This document shows positions 39,386 to 48,563 of a DNA stretch of 64,000 nucleotides, piece after piece (the first letter of the stretch is position 1; every line of letters starts with the position of its first letter). Under the pieces are notes generated by a model that did not search any database, was not told the origin of the DNA, and worked only from the letters and a program-made list of their open reading frames with translations. Made by a program: the position numbers and the translations under genes. The stretch is from an uncultured virus (IMG/VR IMGVR_UViG_3300029305_009755) (lineage: Duplodnaviria; Heunggongvirae; Uroviricota; Caudoviricetes), in IMG/VR virus record IMGVR_UViG_3300029305_009755; one strand, written 5' to 3'.

Positions 39386-39405
39386 CTGAAACATTTTAAA
39401 TATAA
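39386..39405 (+). promoter_or_regulatory. BRE/TATA promoter
   Basis: GAAACATTTTAAATA, same as 36771-36785 with one change. Confidence 0.6.
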
Positions 39406-39443
39406 CCAATTTCATGTTAGTATTAAACCATAGGAGTTGAGCC

Positions 39444-39881
39444 ATGATGGTCAGCGAAAACAATGTTGGAGCACAGTCTGTGAATGCAACCGATCTCGGA
39501 TGGAAGGGTCCCGGATTCTACACTAGGGGATCCCCGGATGAGCCCTGGGTGTTCAGGTTCGAGGACATCCTGTTGTCGGATGACCGCCACACGATCATTC
39601 CCCTGGTCAAGCAGGACGAACGTGTATGGGACATGATGGTCGTGATGGAGAAGCGCGAGCTGGACAACTGGCTCAGGAGCGGATGCGGTGTCGCGTACCT
39701 CGAAGATACCATGGAATCATTCCCCACCTTCCAGGATTTCATGGAGTGGGAGGTGTACAACACCATCCAACACACGATGATAGCCAACACCCCCTACGGC
39801 CCGAGCAGGAACGACCCTCTGGCCTGCTGGTGGAACAATCCTACGTCTATTGTCGACTTCGAAGAGGGGTTGATGGAATGA
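39444..39881 (+). CDS. Hypothetical protein
   Basis: ATAGGAG RBS. Confidence 0.65.
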   Translation: MMVSENNVGAQSVNATDLGWKGPGFYTRGSPDEPWVFRFEDILLSDDRHTIIPLVKQDERVWDMMVVMEKRELDNWLRSGCGVAYLEDTMESFPTFQDFMEWEVYNTIQHTMIANTPYGPSRNDPLACWWNNPTSIVDFEEGLME

Positions 39882-40075
39882 CTGTGGAATACAGATGCCC
39901 CGAGTGCGGGCACGTGTTCAAGCCCGGCTGGATCATGGATTGGGACTCCGTGGAGATCGGTGATGATGGCTGCTTCTACTACCAGTACTGCACCGTCGAC
40001 TGCGGCTGCGGCAGGACGCTGAGGTTCACCACGTTCTACGACGCCACCGAAGTGGATGTGGAGGTGGAGGAATGA
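39878..40075 (+). CDS. Zn-ribbon protein
   Basis: CPECG...C.CG. Confidence 0.6.
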   Translation: MTVEYRCPECGHVFKPGWIMDWDSVEIGDDGCFYYQYCTVDCGCGRTLRFTTFYDATEVDVEVEE

Positions 40076-40422
40076 AGAAGTACCGCCTGTGCGTGGACGA
40101 TCGCCTGTACGAGTTCTCATCCCTGGACGATCTCATCGAGGATCTGGACCCGAAGTACATCGACACCCTGTTCAGGGTCTGGATCCGCTACGTCCTATCG
40201 GACTTCGGGGTCCAGGGTCTGGTCGAGCGTGTGTTCCTGCACACGATCTCGGGCTACAACCTCTCGCCGGACTTCCTGGAGGCCTATGAGGCCATGTAGT
40301 GGGCAGCGGTCTATGATTTCATGGCCGACTCGTTCAACCTCTCCGACAGGAAGGGCCACGATGTGGTCTGGCTCGAGGACGGCTGCATGTTCTCGTTCAT
40401 GCTGACGGAGGTATCGGAATGA
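40072..40422 (+). CDS. 116-aa protein with in-frame TAG (putative pyrrolysine) at 40297
   Basis: Frame continues WAAVYDFMADSFNLSDRKGHDVVWLEDGCMFSFMLTEVSE to a TGA overlapping the next ATG (40419). Confidence 0.7.
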
Positions 40423-41624
40423 CCGACTACCTCGTCAGTCCGACAACTGCCGAAGGCAAGGCGCTCGAGAGGCGTGTCGTCAACATGGTGCAGTACATGC
40501 TGCCGGATGTCCCGCATCCGGTGGTGTTCGGGCAGGTCAGGGGGTTCATCGGGACCTACCTCCGGGAGCACCCGGAGATCTCCTCCCTCGAGCCGTTCGA
40601 GGCCGCGCAGACGGTCGCCGAGGCGTTCATGAGGGTCGACGGGCAATCGCTCGCCCGTTCCTACCCACTTCCCGATGATGCCCTCTTGCAGGCTTCTGAC
40701 GGGACGGACGACCTCGGGGAGACCGAGGGTACCTCCGAGGGTGCCGAAGCCCCGCCAGAGGCCGGGAAGGAGCCTCCATCGGGCGATGCGGGTTCCGGGG
40801 ACGGTGACAGACCGCCCGTGAGGGTGTCGTCCCGGATGCCGGACCATTGGATCCGCACGCCGGCCTACGACCGCCTGGTGTCCGCGCTGCTGCAGGGCCG
40901 GGACGTGGTCCTGGTGGGGGAGAGGGGCCTCGGCAAGTCCGAGATGGCCGTCCATGCCTGCCGGGAGATCTACGGCTGCCTGCCGCAGGTGTGCACGTCG
41001 CCGCAGGTGAGGTCGGACGTGTCCGGATACCCCACCGCGGACGGGGACTACGTCCCCTCCGAGGTGACGCGCGACATCGAGCGTGCGGGCATGGTGCTGA
41101 TGGAGGAGCTGGACAGGTCCACGCCGCGTGCGTCTGTCTACCTCAACCCCATACTCGCCAACCGTCTCGCCACCATCCCCGGCAGGGGTACCGTTGCCGT
41201 CCATCCCCTGCGCAGGTTCGTCGCCACGATGAACACGATCGGGCAGGGGTCCGATCCCTCCTACTCGTCCGCCGTCCGCCAGGACTCGGCCCTCCTCGAC
41301 AGGTTCGCCGTGATCAAGGTGGAGTGGGACGACATGATCGCGCTCTCATGCGCACGTGATAGTCCGTGGCCGTACGATCTGGTCGCGTTCTCCCGTGCAT
41401 GGAACGCCGCGGCCGACAACATGGCCCGCCCCGATCTCAGGGTGTCCTACCGCAGCATCTCCGGTTTCACCGGCAGCTACCTGGAGGACGGCCCCGCGGC
41501 TGCGTTCGACAGCTGGTTCGTCCGCTTCGCCGATCCCGGCACCGTGGAGGCCCTCGCACGCTCCATCAAGGAGGGCGGGGTCGTGCTGTCCATGTTCCGC
41601 GTACACGCGGGAGTGATGCCATGA
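40419..41624 (+). CDS. MoxR/CbbQ/CobS-like AAA+ ATPase
   Basis: GERGLGKS Walker A, LMEELD Walker B, ATMNT.G.G, D.ALLDRF. Confidence 0.85.
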   Translation: MTDYLVSPTTAEGKALERRVVNMVQYMLPDVPHPVVFGQVRGFIGTYLREHPEISSLEPFEAAQTVAEAFMRVDGQSLARSYPLPDDALLQASDGTDDLGETEGTSEGAEAPPEAGKEPPSGDAGSGDGDRPPVRVSSRMPDHWIRTPAYDRLVSALLQGRDVVLVGERGLGKSEMAVHACREIYGCLPQVCTSPQVRSDVSGYPTADGDYVPSEVTRDIERAGMVLMEELDRSTPRASVYLNPILANRLATIPGRGTVAVHPLRRFVATMNTIGQGSDPSYSSAVRQDSALLDRFAVIKVEWDDMIALSCARDSPWPYDLVAFSRAWNAAADNMARPDLRVSYRSISGFTGSYLEDGPAAAFDSWFVRFADPGTVEALARSIKEGGVVLSMFRVHAGVMP

Positions 41625-42436
41625 TCCGCCGCGGATCGTGGACGCCGCCGTCCGGTGCCCCGGTGGACTGGATCATGGTCGACCTGCTGCCCTGGGACAG
41701 GTTCCTCGAGGGGGTGATCACCAGGGCGGGCGTGTACGCGCTGCCCTCCTATGCGAACAGCATAGAGGAGTGGGGCGTCATGTACCGCACCGGGGTCGAT
41801 CCCGGAGATCTGCCGCTGGCCGACGTGCCCCGGGATCTCAGGTCCTCCGGCTTCGTGCCCGGGGACACGGACCTCGATGTCACGGGGTCCTCGGTGGACA
41901 TCGGGGAGTATCTCCATCGTTCCCCCGAGTGCATGGTCTCGGAGGAGGTCCCGCCCATGGATCTCCCGCTCACGCGCATAGTCGTGGACACGGGCGTGTC
42001 CGTGATGATCAGCGCACAGACGCTGCGCATGTGTGCGGAGGGTATCGCGAGGGCGTGCAGGTCATTGGAGGCCCTTGGAAGGGCCGTGGCGGTCGATACG
42101 GTGGACGTGACGTATGTGAGACCCACCGAGGTGGTCACGTGCCTCCACGTGCCCGTGAAGGGCCCTGACGGGCCGATCGACCTCCGGAGGATGATCTGGG
42201 CCTGCGGACATCCCAACTTCAACAGGGACACCGTGTTCGCGTACCTCGCATCCCTGCACGGCATGGGGAGGAACTGGCTGACCGCCGAGAAGGGTCTCGG
42301 CGTCGGCATGGTGCACCCGTTCCTCCGCAGCATCGTGGGAGGGTCGCCCGTGATCATCACAATGGAGTCGCTCGCGGCGGCATCCGCGGACCCCGCATCG
42401 ATGGTCCTGATGGCCTGCATGGGGGATGCCGCATGA
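41621..42436 (+). CDS. Degenerate vWA-like partner of the AAA ATPase
   Basis: D.DVTG..VDI..YL...PECM then beta-strand-D and LEA.G..V; adjacent to AAA gene. Confidence 0.55.
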   Translation: MIRRGSWTPPSGAPVDWIMVDLLPWDRFLEGVITRAGVYALPSYANSIEEWGVMYRTGVDPGDLPLADVPRDLRSSGFVPGDTDLDVTGSSVDIGEYLHRSPECMVSEEVPPMDLPLTRIVVDTGVSVMISAQTLRMCAEGIARACRSLEALGRAVAVDTVDVTYVRPTEVVTCLHVPVKGPDGPIDLRRMIWACGHPNFNRDTVFAYLASLHGMGRNWLTAEKGLGVGMVHPFLRSIVGGSPVIITMESLAAASADPASMVLMACMGDAA

Positions 42437-42726
42437 AGGCGGTCGCCGTGGCCTACATCATCCGCGACGAGGGCCGGTACATCCTGTGCGTGGAGACCCT
42501 GGAAGGGACCATGGCCCAGGCGGGCCCCCTCGACAAGCTGACCCGCCTCATGGACAGGATCCGGGAGGGCTGGGCACCGGATGCCATGATGCCCTACGTC
42601 CCGAACCGCGACCTGCCCGACGGCGTGGTCACCCCCCTGTGGGAAGGGGAGGTCGAGCTGACCGGCAGGCGGAGGGGCTGTCCGCCGTTCCGTCCCGGAC
42701 ACGAAGTGCTCGCAGGGAAGTGGTGA
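42433..42726 (+). CDS. Hypothetical protein
   Basis: ATGA overlap. Confidence 0.55.
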   Translation: MKAVAVAYIIRDEGRYILCVETLEGTMAQAGPLDKLTRLMDRIREGWAPDAMMPYVPNRDLPDGVVTPLWEGEVELTGRRRGCPPFRPGHEVLAGKW

Positions 42727-42728
42727 CC

Positions 42729-43034
42729 ATGCCCGGGGATGGGAAGGGCATGATCAGGATCCGCGTCCGCATCAAGAACATCAGGGACCCCGGGATCAGG
42801 TGCATCCGCTGCGGGGGTCCCGCCGACAAGGGGGACGAGGTCCATTGGCGGAGGGTCTACGACGACAGGCCCGACTCCGAGATCCCGTACATCCACAAGC
42901 GCTGCCGGAAGCCTCCCCCCGTTCCTCCCTCTGAAGAGTCCCTTGACATCACATGGATGGTGGTCCATGGTGTGATGCCGATCCAAACATCTTCGATCGT
43001 TTTCCCATCGTTTTCCTTCATTTCAACCCACTAA
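42729..43034 (+). CDS. Small Zn-finger-like protein
   Basis: CxxC...HxxC. Confidence 0.5.
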   Translation: MPGDGKGMIRIRVRIKNIRDPGIRCIRCGGPADKGDEVHWRRVYDDRPDSEIPYIHKRCRKPPPVPPSEESLDITWMVVHGVMPIQTSSIVFPSFSFISTH

Positions 43035-43930
43035 CCTTTATCGAGGTATGTTTTCTACGAATTTCGTAGAATCTCTACGAACATATATGGTGTAAAGGAT
43101 GTTCACCCGAAAATGGGATAAACACCTATAAAAGCGTTGCGCAATTTTAGTTTTTACTTTATATTCTATTTATTATGTGTACCAAAATCCCAATGTTACC
43201 TACGTGTATATAGTAAAATTGGGGGTTTATAGGGGGTTTAAGGGGGGGTTATGTATGTGTGAGCAAGGCACGTAACAAGACCGCAACCTTTATAAGCAAA
43301 ACCCGTCTAAACGCCGTTATCCGTTATTAACCCCATATTCTACAGATTTAGGGGTATCCAAAATGTAACACCTCCCCCCTGCTCCCACAAACGATGTCAT
43401 ACTCCACCCCCAAGTGTTATCCCGATGTACACTTTTTACGCTCACAATATATACTTTTCCCCATCCCAAAAACATCCCAAAAAATCTGTTACATTGTGAC
43501 ACCCCCCTAATACGCAGAGCGTTCATGTTATTTCCACCCCGTCACAGTTACCTCATCCCGCCTCCCCTCGGTTATATCCAACCGTTCTTCCAAGATGTTA
43601 GACCGTTACAGTGTGAATCAGGCAAGGGGAACGGAATCAACCCCCGTTAATCCAAGCGAAACGTATCATCAACCTGTATCCAGCGTCTCCCTACATACCT
43701 AATGTCGCCCTACAGACACATTCTTCCAACATCTGTTTTTTTTTCCTCTTAGTTCCTTAATTCACTGATTCTGAGACGCAGAGACAAGAAATCGACTAAA
43801 CGCCGATGATTTTTTGACATTTTTCCCACCCCCTCCTCACCCCCCTCTCCTCCATCATCTCTGCTTCTCAGATTCAGGGAATCAGCAATCTTATATACCC
43901 CTTATACGATACTCTTCACAGGTGACAGAC
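43035..43930. other. 900-bp non-coding region with GTTAC/GTAAC repeats (origin or packaging candidate)
   Basis: No credible ORF; palindrome TTCTACGAA-T-TTCGTAGAA; about 10 GTTA(C/T)/GTAAC motifs; G-runs then C-runs; TATA near 43890. Confidence 0.5.
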
Positions 43931-44707
43931 ATGACTATCTGGTACACAGGACAGCACGAGGAGGCCGTCGGACAGACGCCCGGCGACCTCCCCCCGGACT
44001 GGTGGATGGGCTGGACGCCCTCCATGATATCGACCACACCGAGGCAGGACCTCCTGTTCCTCCGCGCATGGGCGCAGGGGGACTGGAGGACGATCAACAA
44101 CATGGACCGCTCGTACCTGTTCGACAGGGGCATCTCCCCGTCGAAGGGCGCGGCGGTCCCGGGCACCGACCCGTCGCGCGGGTTCATCCCTCCGATCGGC
44201 CTGGCGGGAGGGCTGCTCTCGGGCCCGCGCCCCCAGCCCGTCTCGGAGCTGTCGGAGTCTCCCGCTCCGGCCCCTGCCGGACCCCGGCTCCCGTCCGACC
44301 TCCGTCCCATCGGACGCACGGTCTTCACGGGACTGCCGGGAGGCGTGAGGGCGTGGCTGGTGTCGCAGGACAGGTGCGGGGTGATCCACATCGCGCTGGA
44401 CGTGACATCGCTGAGGCTGATCCTCGGGACGGACCACCCGGAGATCGCCGACGCTCGCATCGGATCGACCGACGTCATGGTGATGTCGCCGGGGTCGGGG
44501 CGTGCAGCGGTCATGGCACGCGACGGGTCCGTCGTGGGCCGTGCCCCGTCCCTGGTCATCGCGGTCAGGGACGGCAGGACCGTCGACATGCCCGCGGGCC
44601 TGGTGGACGACGCGGTGTCCCTGGTCCTCGACCCGAAGACCGGGCTGGGCTGGGTGCTCACCGTGGACCTCCCGGACAGGGACAGGGATGAAGACGGGGA
44701 GGACTGA
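43931..44707 (+). CDS. Hypothetical protein
   Basis: TTATATA promoter and AGGTGA RBS before ATG 43931. Confidence 0.65.
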   Translation: MTIWYTGQHEEAVGQTPGDLPPDWWMGWTPSMISTTPRQDLLFLRAWAQGDWRTINNMDRSYLFDRGISPSKGAAVPGTDPSRGFIPPIGLAGGLLSGPRPQPVSELSESPAPAPAGPRLPSDLRPIGRTVFTGLPGGVRAWLVSQDRCGVIHIALDVTSLRLILGTDHPEIADARIGSTDVMVMSPGSGRAAVMARDGSVVGRAPSLVIAVRDGRTVDMPAGLVDDAVSLVLDPKTGLGWVLTVDLPDRDRDEDGED

Positions 44708-44711
44708 TCGC

Positions 44712-44942
44712 ATGGCGCTGGGGATGAACGACGCGACTCTGCTCATGCAGATGAGGGCCGACCTGGCGACGGTCAACTCCAACCTGGCCCGTGCCCTGGA
44801 CAGGCTGGACGCGCTGGTCGACGGCGTGGACGACCTGGTGGGCATGGTGTACGTGGCCCTGTGCCTGGAGCACCCGGGGTTCCCTGAGAGGCTCGCCGAG
44901 CTGAGGGACGCGGTGGGGAGGGAGCATGACCGGAAGCCATGA
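44712..44942 (+). CDS. Small coiled-coil protein
   Basis: GGAGG RBS. Confidence 0.55.
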   Translation: MALGMNDATLLMQMRADLATVNSNLARALDRLDALVDGVDDLVGMVYVALCLEHPGFPERLAELRDAVGREHDRKP

Positions 44943-45165
44943 CCATGACCGGAGGAGGATGCGCTGTCCGAGATGCGGGCGCGTACCCGAGATGGTCAGG
45001 TCGGCCAGGGGCGTCTGGATCGCCAGATGCTCCAACAGGGCGTGCTCGTACCAGGGGATGCGTGCCGAGGGACGCACGACCGACGATGCCTGGGAGGCAT
45101 GGGAGGGCGTGGTGTTCGACGGCGAGTACCACGGGTACAGGTACGACGAGAGGACGGATGGATGA
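44926..45165 (+). CDS. Lar-like Zn-ribbon protein
   Basis: CP.CG..P....C....C......A..AW. Confidence 0.55.
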   Translation: MTGSHDHDRRRMRCPRCGRVPEMVRSARGVWIARCSNRACSYQGMRAEGRTTDDAWEAWEGVVFDGEYHGYRYDERTDG

Positions 45166-45491
45166 ACAGGAGAAGGAATGAAGGAATGGACAAGGAGATG
45201 GAAGGAATGGATGCAGAGGATCTGATGGAGATGATGGAGCACCTGGCAGGCGGATGCACGGTCAGGTGCGGGAACAGCACGGTCAGGTACGATGAATACA
45301 AAGGGTGGCTGCTGGTCGACACCGACGGAGTGGAGATCCCGATGACCAAGCTGCTGGTCGACCTGACCGGCGGATGGGAGTGCGTGGCCGAGGGCGACGG
45401 ATGGTTCGACGACCCCGACTGCGAGTGGGGCGACAGACGCTACGGATGCGGGGGCGTCTGCACCCTCGAATACAGGGAGGGACCCCTGTGA
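45162..45491 (+). CDS. Hypothetical protein
   Basis: ATGA overlap. Confidence 0.55.
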   Translation: MNRRRNEGMDKEMEGMDAEDLMEMMEHLAGGCTVRCGNSTVRYDEYKGWLLVDTDGVEIPMTKLLVDLTGGWECVAEGDGWFDDPDCEWGDRRYGCGGVCTLEYREGPL

Positions 45492-45808
45492 GGCCGGGTC
45501 TCGAGGGCAGGCAGATGTACGCCATCGTGCCGGGCACACCCGAGTGGACCCTGATGTCCAAGCTCGTGCTGGACAAGGCCGACGAGGTCCCCGAGGGCGA
45601 GTTCTGGGACCCGACGGGGGACGCGGTGGTCCTCAGGACGGCGGACGGCTGGAGGATGAAGTGCTGGTGGTCGGACTGGGAGTGGGTCGACGTGGTCCCC
45701 AGGGACATCGGCGAGATCATGGGCGTCCTGAACCGCAGGGAGATCGAGGTGCACCACAGCGAGGAGCAGCAGCTGATCGTCTACACGGCCTACGGCGAGC
45801 CGGAGTGA
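45488..45808 (+). CDS. Hypothetical protein
   Basis: GTGA overlap. Confidence 0.55.
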   Translation: MRPGLEGRQMYAIVPGTPEWTLMSKLVLDKADEVPEGEFWDPTGDAVVLRTADGWRMKCWWSDWEWVDVVPRDIGEIMGVLNRREIEVHHSEEQQLIVYTAYGEPE

Positions 45809-45812
45809 TCGC

Positions 45813-46187
45813 ATGGCCGGGAAGACTAAGGCCAAGACGGTGCAGGCGGACGACCCGGCGTGGTGGTCATGGGAGATGGTGGAGGACCTGATCATGGACA
45901 GGGTCGCATGGGAGATCCTCCACTGGGTGAAGAGCAACCCCGGGTCGAACATCTCCAAGATGATCGAGTCCTCGGACTCGACCATCCCGGCCAACAGGGC
46001 CTACAACAAGACCAGGGAGATGGAGAGGGCCGGACTGCTCGTCGGCGAACCGGGGGCGGACTGGAGGAAGAACAGGACCCTGCGCATCACGCCCCGCGGG
46101 GAGACCATCCATGGGGTGATGATGCTGGCCCTGGTGGAGGTCAGGGCGATGCTGGACATAAGGGAGCCCCTGGTGAGGTGGAGATGA
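45813..46187 (+). CDS. Winged-HTH (MarR/ArsR-like) regulator
   Basis: IL..V..NPG.....ME.AGL........L.IT.RG. Confidence 0.65.
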   Translation: MAGKTKAKTVQADDPAWWSWEMVEDLIMDRVAWEILHWVKSNPGSNISKMIESSDSTIPANRAYNKTREMERAGLLVGEPGADWRKNRTLRITPRGETIHGVMMLALVEVRAMLDIREPLVRWR

Positions 46188-46396
46188 TGACGAGGCTGAG
46201 GGACTACGAGAAGATGGAGTCCATCATGGAGTTCCTGAAGGAGCATGGATCCAGCGATGTGATGACGATGAGGCTGGCCGGGATCGAGATACCCCACGGG
46301 CTGGTGAACCGCATGCACTCGGAAGGGCTGATAAAGAAGGTCGGGAAGAAGGACCATGGGAACTCCCACTGGACGTGGATCTGGGCGGTGATGTGA
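46184..46396 (+). CDS. Small wHTH protein (LK.HG family)
   Basis: I.EFLKEHG.S....M..AG......G...RMH..G.I. Confidence 0.6.
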   Translation: MMTRLRDYEKMESIMEFLKEHGSSDVMTMRLAGIEIPHGLVNRMHSEGLIKKVGKKDHGNSHWTWIWAVM

Positions 46397-46566
46397 TGTC
46401 GGACTGCTGGTACTGCGGCAATGACCTGTGCTGGGATTCCGACTTCAACCTCGACGAGGTGACCGGCGACCCAGAGGATGTGGGCATCGCGACGTTCCTG
46501 CACTACCCCGTGTGCGGTGCGGAGGTGCAGTACATGCTGCGTGAGGACAGGGAGGGAGACCTATGA
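46396..46566 (+). CDS. Small Zn-ribbon protein (third Cys apparently replaced by Tyr)
   Basis: CWYCG..L.WD.DF......GI...LHYP.CGA. Confidence 0.55.
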   Translation: MSDCWYCGNDLCWDSDFNLDEVTGDPEDVGIATFLHYPVCGAEVQYMLREDREGDL

Positions 46567-46833
46567 CGGTGCACAGGCCCCTGTCGGAACTGGACAGGTC
46601 GATACTCGCCTACCTGCAGAAGCACGGTCCCAGTTCCACTGCCGAGATGCGTGCGGCAGGACTTGCGTTGGAGCACGGCACGATGCGCCGTCTCCACGAC
46701 GACGGGTTCGTGACCGACCCTCCTTATGAGTTCAAGACGACCAAGGGCCGCGGAGCGTTCGGCAAACGTGAAGAGGGCGGAGGTGTCCGTCCGCCCCGAC
46801 CTGCGCAACGAGCGCGCGTGGAGGCTGGTGTGA
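46563..46833 (+). pseudogene. Small wHTH gene interrupted by a 58-nt insertion (46714-46771)
   Basis: Removing the CGTGA-flanked 58 nt gives a 70-aa protein ending GFVKRAEVSVRPDLRNERAWRLV-TGA, like paralogs at 55751 and 55957. Confidence 0.75.
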
Positions 46834-47467
46834 TGAAAGAGAACATTGAGATTCGCGAACAAGACGTACTGGAGTTGCTCAGATCCCTCCCTGACGGATC
46901 GGTGGACCTGATGACCATAGGGAGTACCATGGAGAGCTTACTCCCATATCCTGTGGAGTGCAGACAGAGGTGCTTGATGAGATGTACCGCGTGATGAAGG
47001 TGCCCAACATCTACATCTGGTGCAACAAGGCGCAGATTCCACAATATCTGGAGTATTTCATCAGCAGAGGATGTAGCTTCGACATCTTGACATGGCACAA
47101 GACCAACCCCACCCCGACCTGTAACAACAAGTATCTGTCAGATACCGAGTACTGTCTGTATTTCCGCAAGGGCGCACAGCTTTACGGTACGTATGAGACG
47201 AAGCGTAAATACTGGGTCTCATCGGTGAACAGGAGTGACAAGAAAAGATTCGGTCATCCCACATGCAAACCTCTGGACATCATATCGATGCTGGTAACCA
47301 ATTCAACCAAGGAAGGGGAGCTGGTATGCGATCCATACATGGGGTCGGGCACGACTGCAGTAGCCTGTAAGATCAATGGCAGAAGATTCATCGGAGGGGA
47401 CATCTCAAGAGAGTATGTCGATACTGCGATGAAGAGAGTGAAAGAGATAATCGGAGAGGTGGAATGA
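46833..47467 (+). pseudogene. N4/N6 (beta-class) DNA methyltransferase frameshifted by displacement of its 58-nt DPPY block
   Basis: N-terminus D.LE.L..LPD.SVDL, then frame change to W.K.NP, HPT.KP, V.DPY.GSGTT; the DPPY block lies at 46709-46771. Confidence 0.8.
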
Positions 47468-47634
47468 TGGACAGGAGATGTGTGGATGTGGACGGCGTGA
47501 CATGGTTCGTGTCGAGCTGCATGGGATGTCCGCTGAAGCGCGGGATGAAATGCGGGATGACGGGGAGGATATACCCGACAACCGTTCCCCTGCCGGGCTG
47601 GTGCCCGCTGGAGAGGATGCAGGGGTGGGAGTGA
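47464..47634 (+). CDS. Small Cys protein, CxxCP...PxWCPL family (56 aa, not in ORF track)
   Basis: MMDRRCVDVDGVTWFVSSCMGCPLKRGMKCGMTGRIYPTTVPLPGWCPLERMQGWE; overlaps both neighbours. Confidence 0.65.
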   Translation: MMDRRCVDVDGVTWFVSSCMGCPLKRGMKCGMTGRIYPTTVPLPGWCPLERMQGWE

Positions 47635-48020
47635 TGCATGACAAACGCGAGTACATATGGCTGCCACAGAGCACGAGCACGTGGCAACGTCCGATGACAC
47701 AGAGCACGTCCATGGACATCCCCATCAAGGCGCTCGGTGCACTGTTCGAGACGAAGCTGGAAGAGAATCTGAGAGACGAGGTGAACAAGGTGATGGATGA
47801 AGCGAGCAAGGACAAGGCGATGCCGGCATCGGTCGTGTACCATGAGTGTGCGGACGAGCTGAGATGGCTGGTGAACAGCCTGGACAAGGCGATGGATTGT
47901 CTGGTCTCAGGCGATATGATCGCAGGAGGCGTCAGGCTCCAGAGGGTGCTGGACAAGATGCAGGAGACCGAGAGGAAGTGGTGGGCGATGGCCGAGAAGA
48001 CGGAGGGAACGGATGAGTGA
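47634..48020 (+). CDS. Hypothetical helical protein
   Basis: TGATG overlap. Confidence 0.6.
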   Translation: MHDKREYIWLPQSTSTWQRPMTQSTSMDIPIKALGALFETKLEENLRDEVNKVMDEASKDKAMPASVVYHECADELRWLVNSLDKAMDCLVSGDMIAGGVRLQRVLDKMQETERKWWAMAEKTEGTDE

Positions 48021-48339
48021 CGCCGAGCAGTTCGTCATGTTCCATAAGATCATGGAGCTGAGGGAGACAGTGGTGGAAGTCGGTTGGCTCGACATGCCCA
48101 CCGCAGTGATTATCTCCGTGGTGCTGGCAGTGCTGGTACACCTGGTGATAGGGGCCTGGTACTGGCGCAGACACTGGGATGACACAGAGATGCTGTCCTT
48201 TGCCCGTGCGCTGTCCGTGACGCTCGCCATAATCTTCGTGGTCCTCGCCTTTCTCATCCAGGTCGACGTCTGGGAGTACGAGACACTGTGCGAAACATAC
48301 CGCGCCCTGTACGGACCGCTACCTTGGGAGGTGGCGTGA
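48013..48339 (+). CDS. Two-TM membrane protein
   Basis: Two hydrophobic segments. Confidence 0.6.
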   Translation: MSDAEQFVMFHKIMELRETVVEVGWLDMPTAVIISVVLAVLVHLVIGAWYWRRHWDDTEMLSFARALSVTLAIIFVVLAFLIQVDVWEYETLCETYRALYGPLPWEVA

Positions 48340-48563
48340 TGCCTCCCGTGATGCCCGTGCCCCCACCCACCCTTATCACCGGTGGGGACGGAGGAGGTAT
48401 CGTGGTGAGCGGGCCGTGGGCTATCGTGATATTGGCATGCATCATAATCCTGTTCATCCTGATCGGGATAATGTCATACGATGTGTTCCGTGATTACTGG
48501 GTTATGTGCAAGCATGAGAGGAAGATGAAGAAAAAGATCAAGGAGAGGAGGAAGAGAGAATGA
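48339..48563 (+). CDS. Single-TM membrane protein
   Basis: Hydrophobic helix plus basic tail. Confidence 0.55.
   Translation: MPPVMPVPPPTLITGGDGGGIVVSGPWAIVILACIIILFILIGIMSYDVFRDYWVMCKHERKMKKKIKERRKRE

Noticed and set aside
46563..46994. 143-aa wHTH-MTase fusion from the ORF track
   Set aside because: Produced by the displaced 58-nt block; DPPY precedes the MTase N-terminus, in the wrong order
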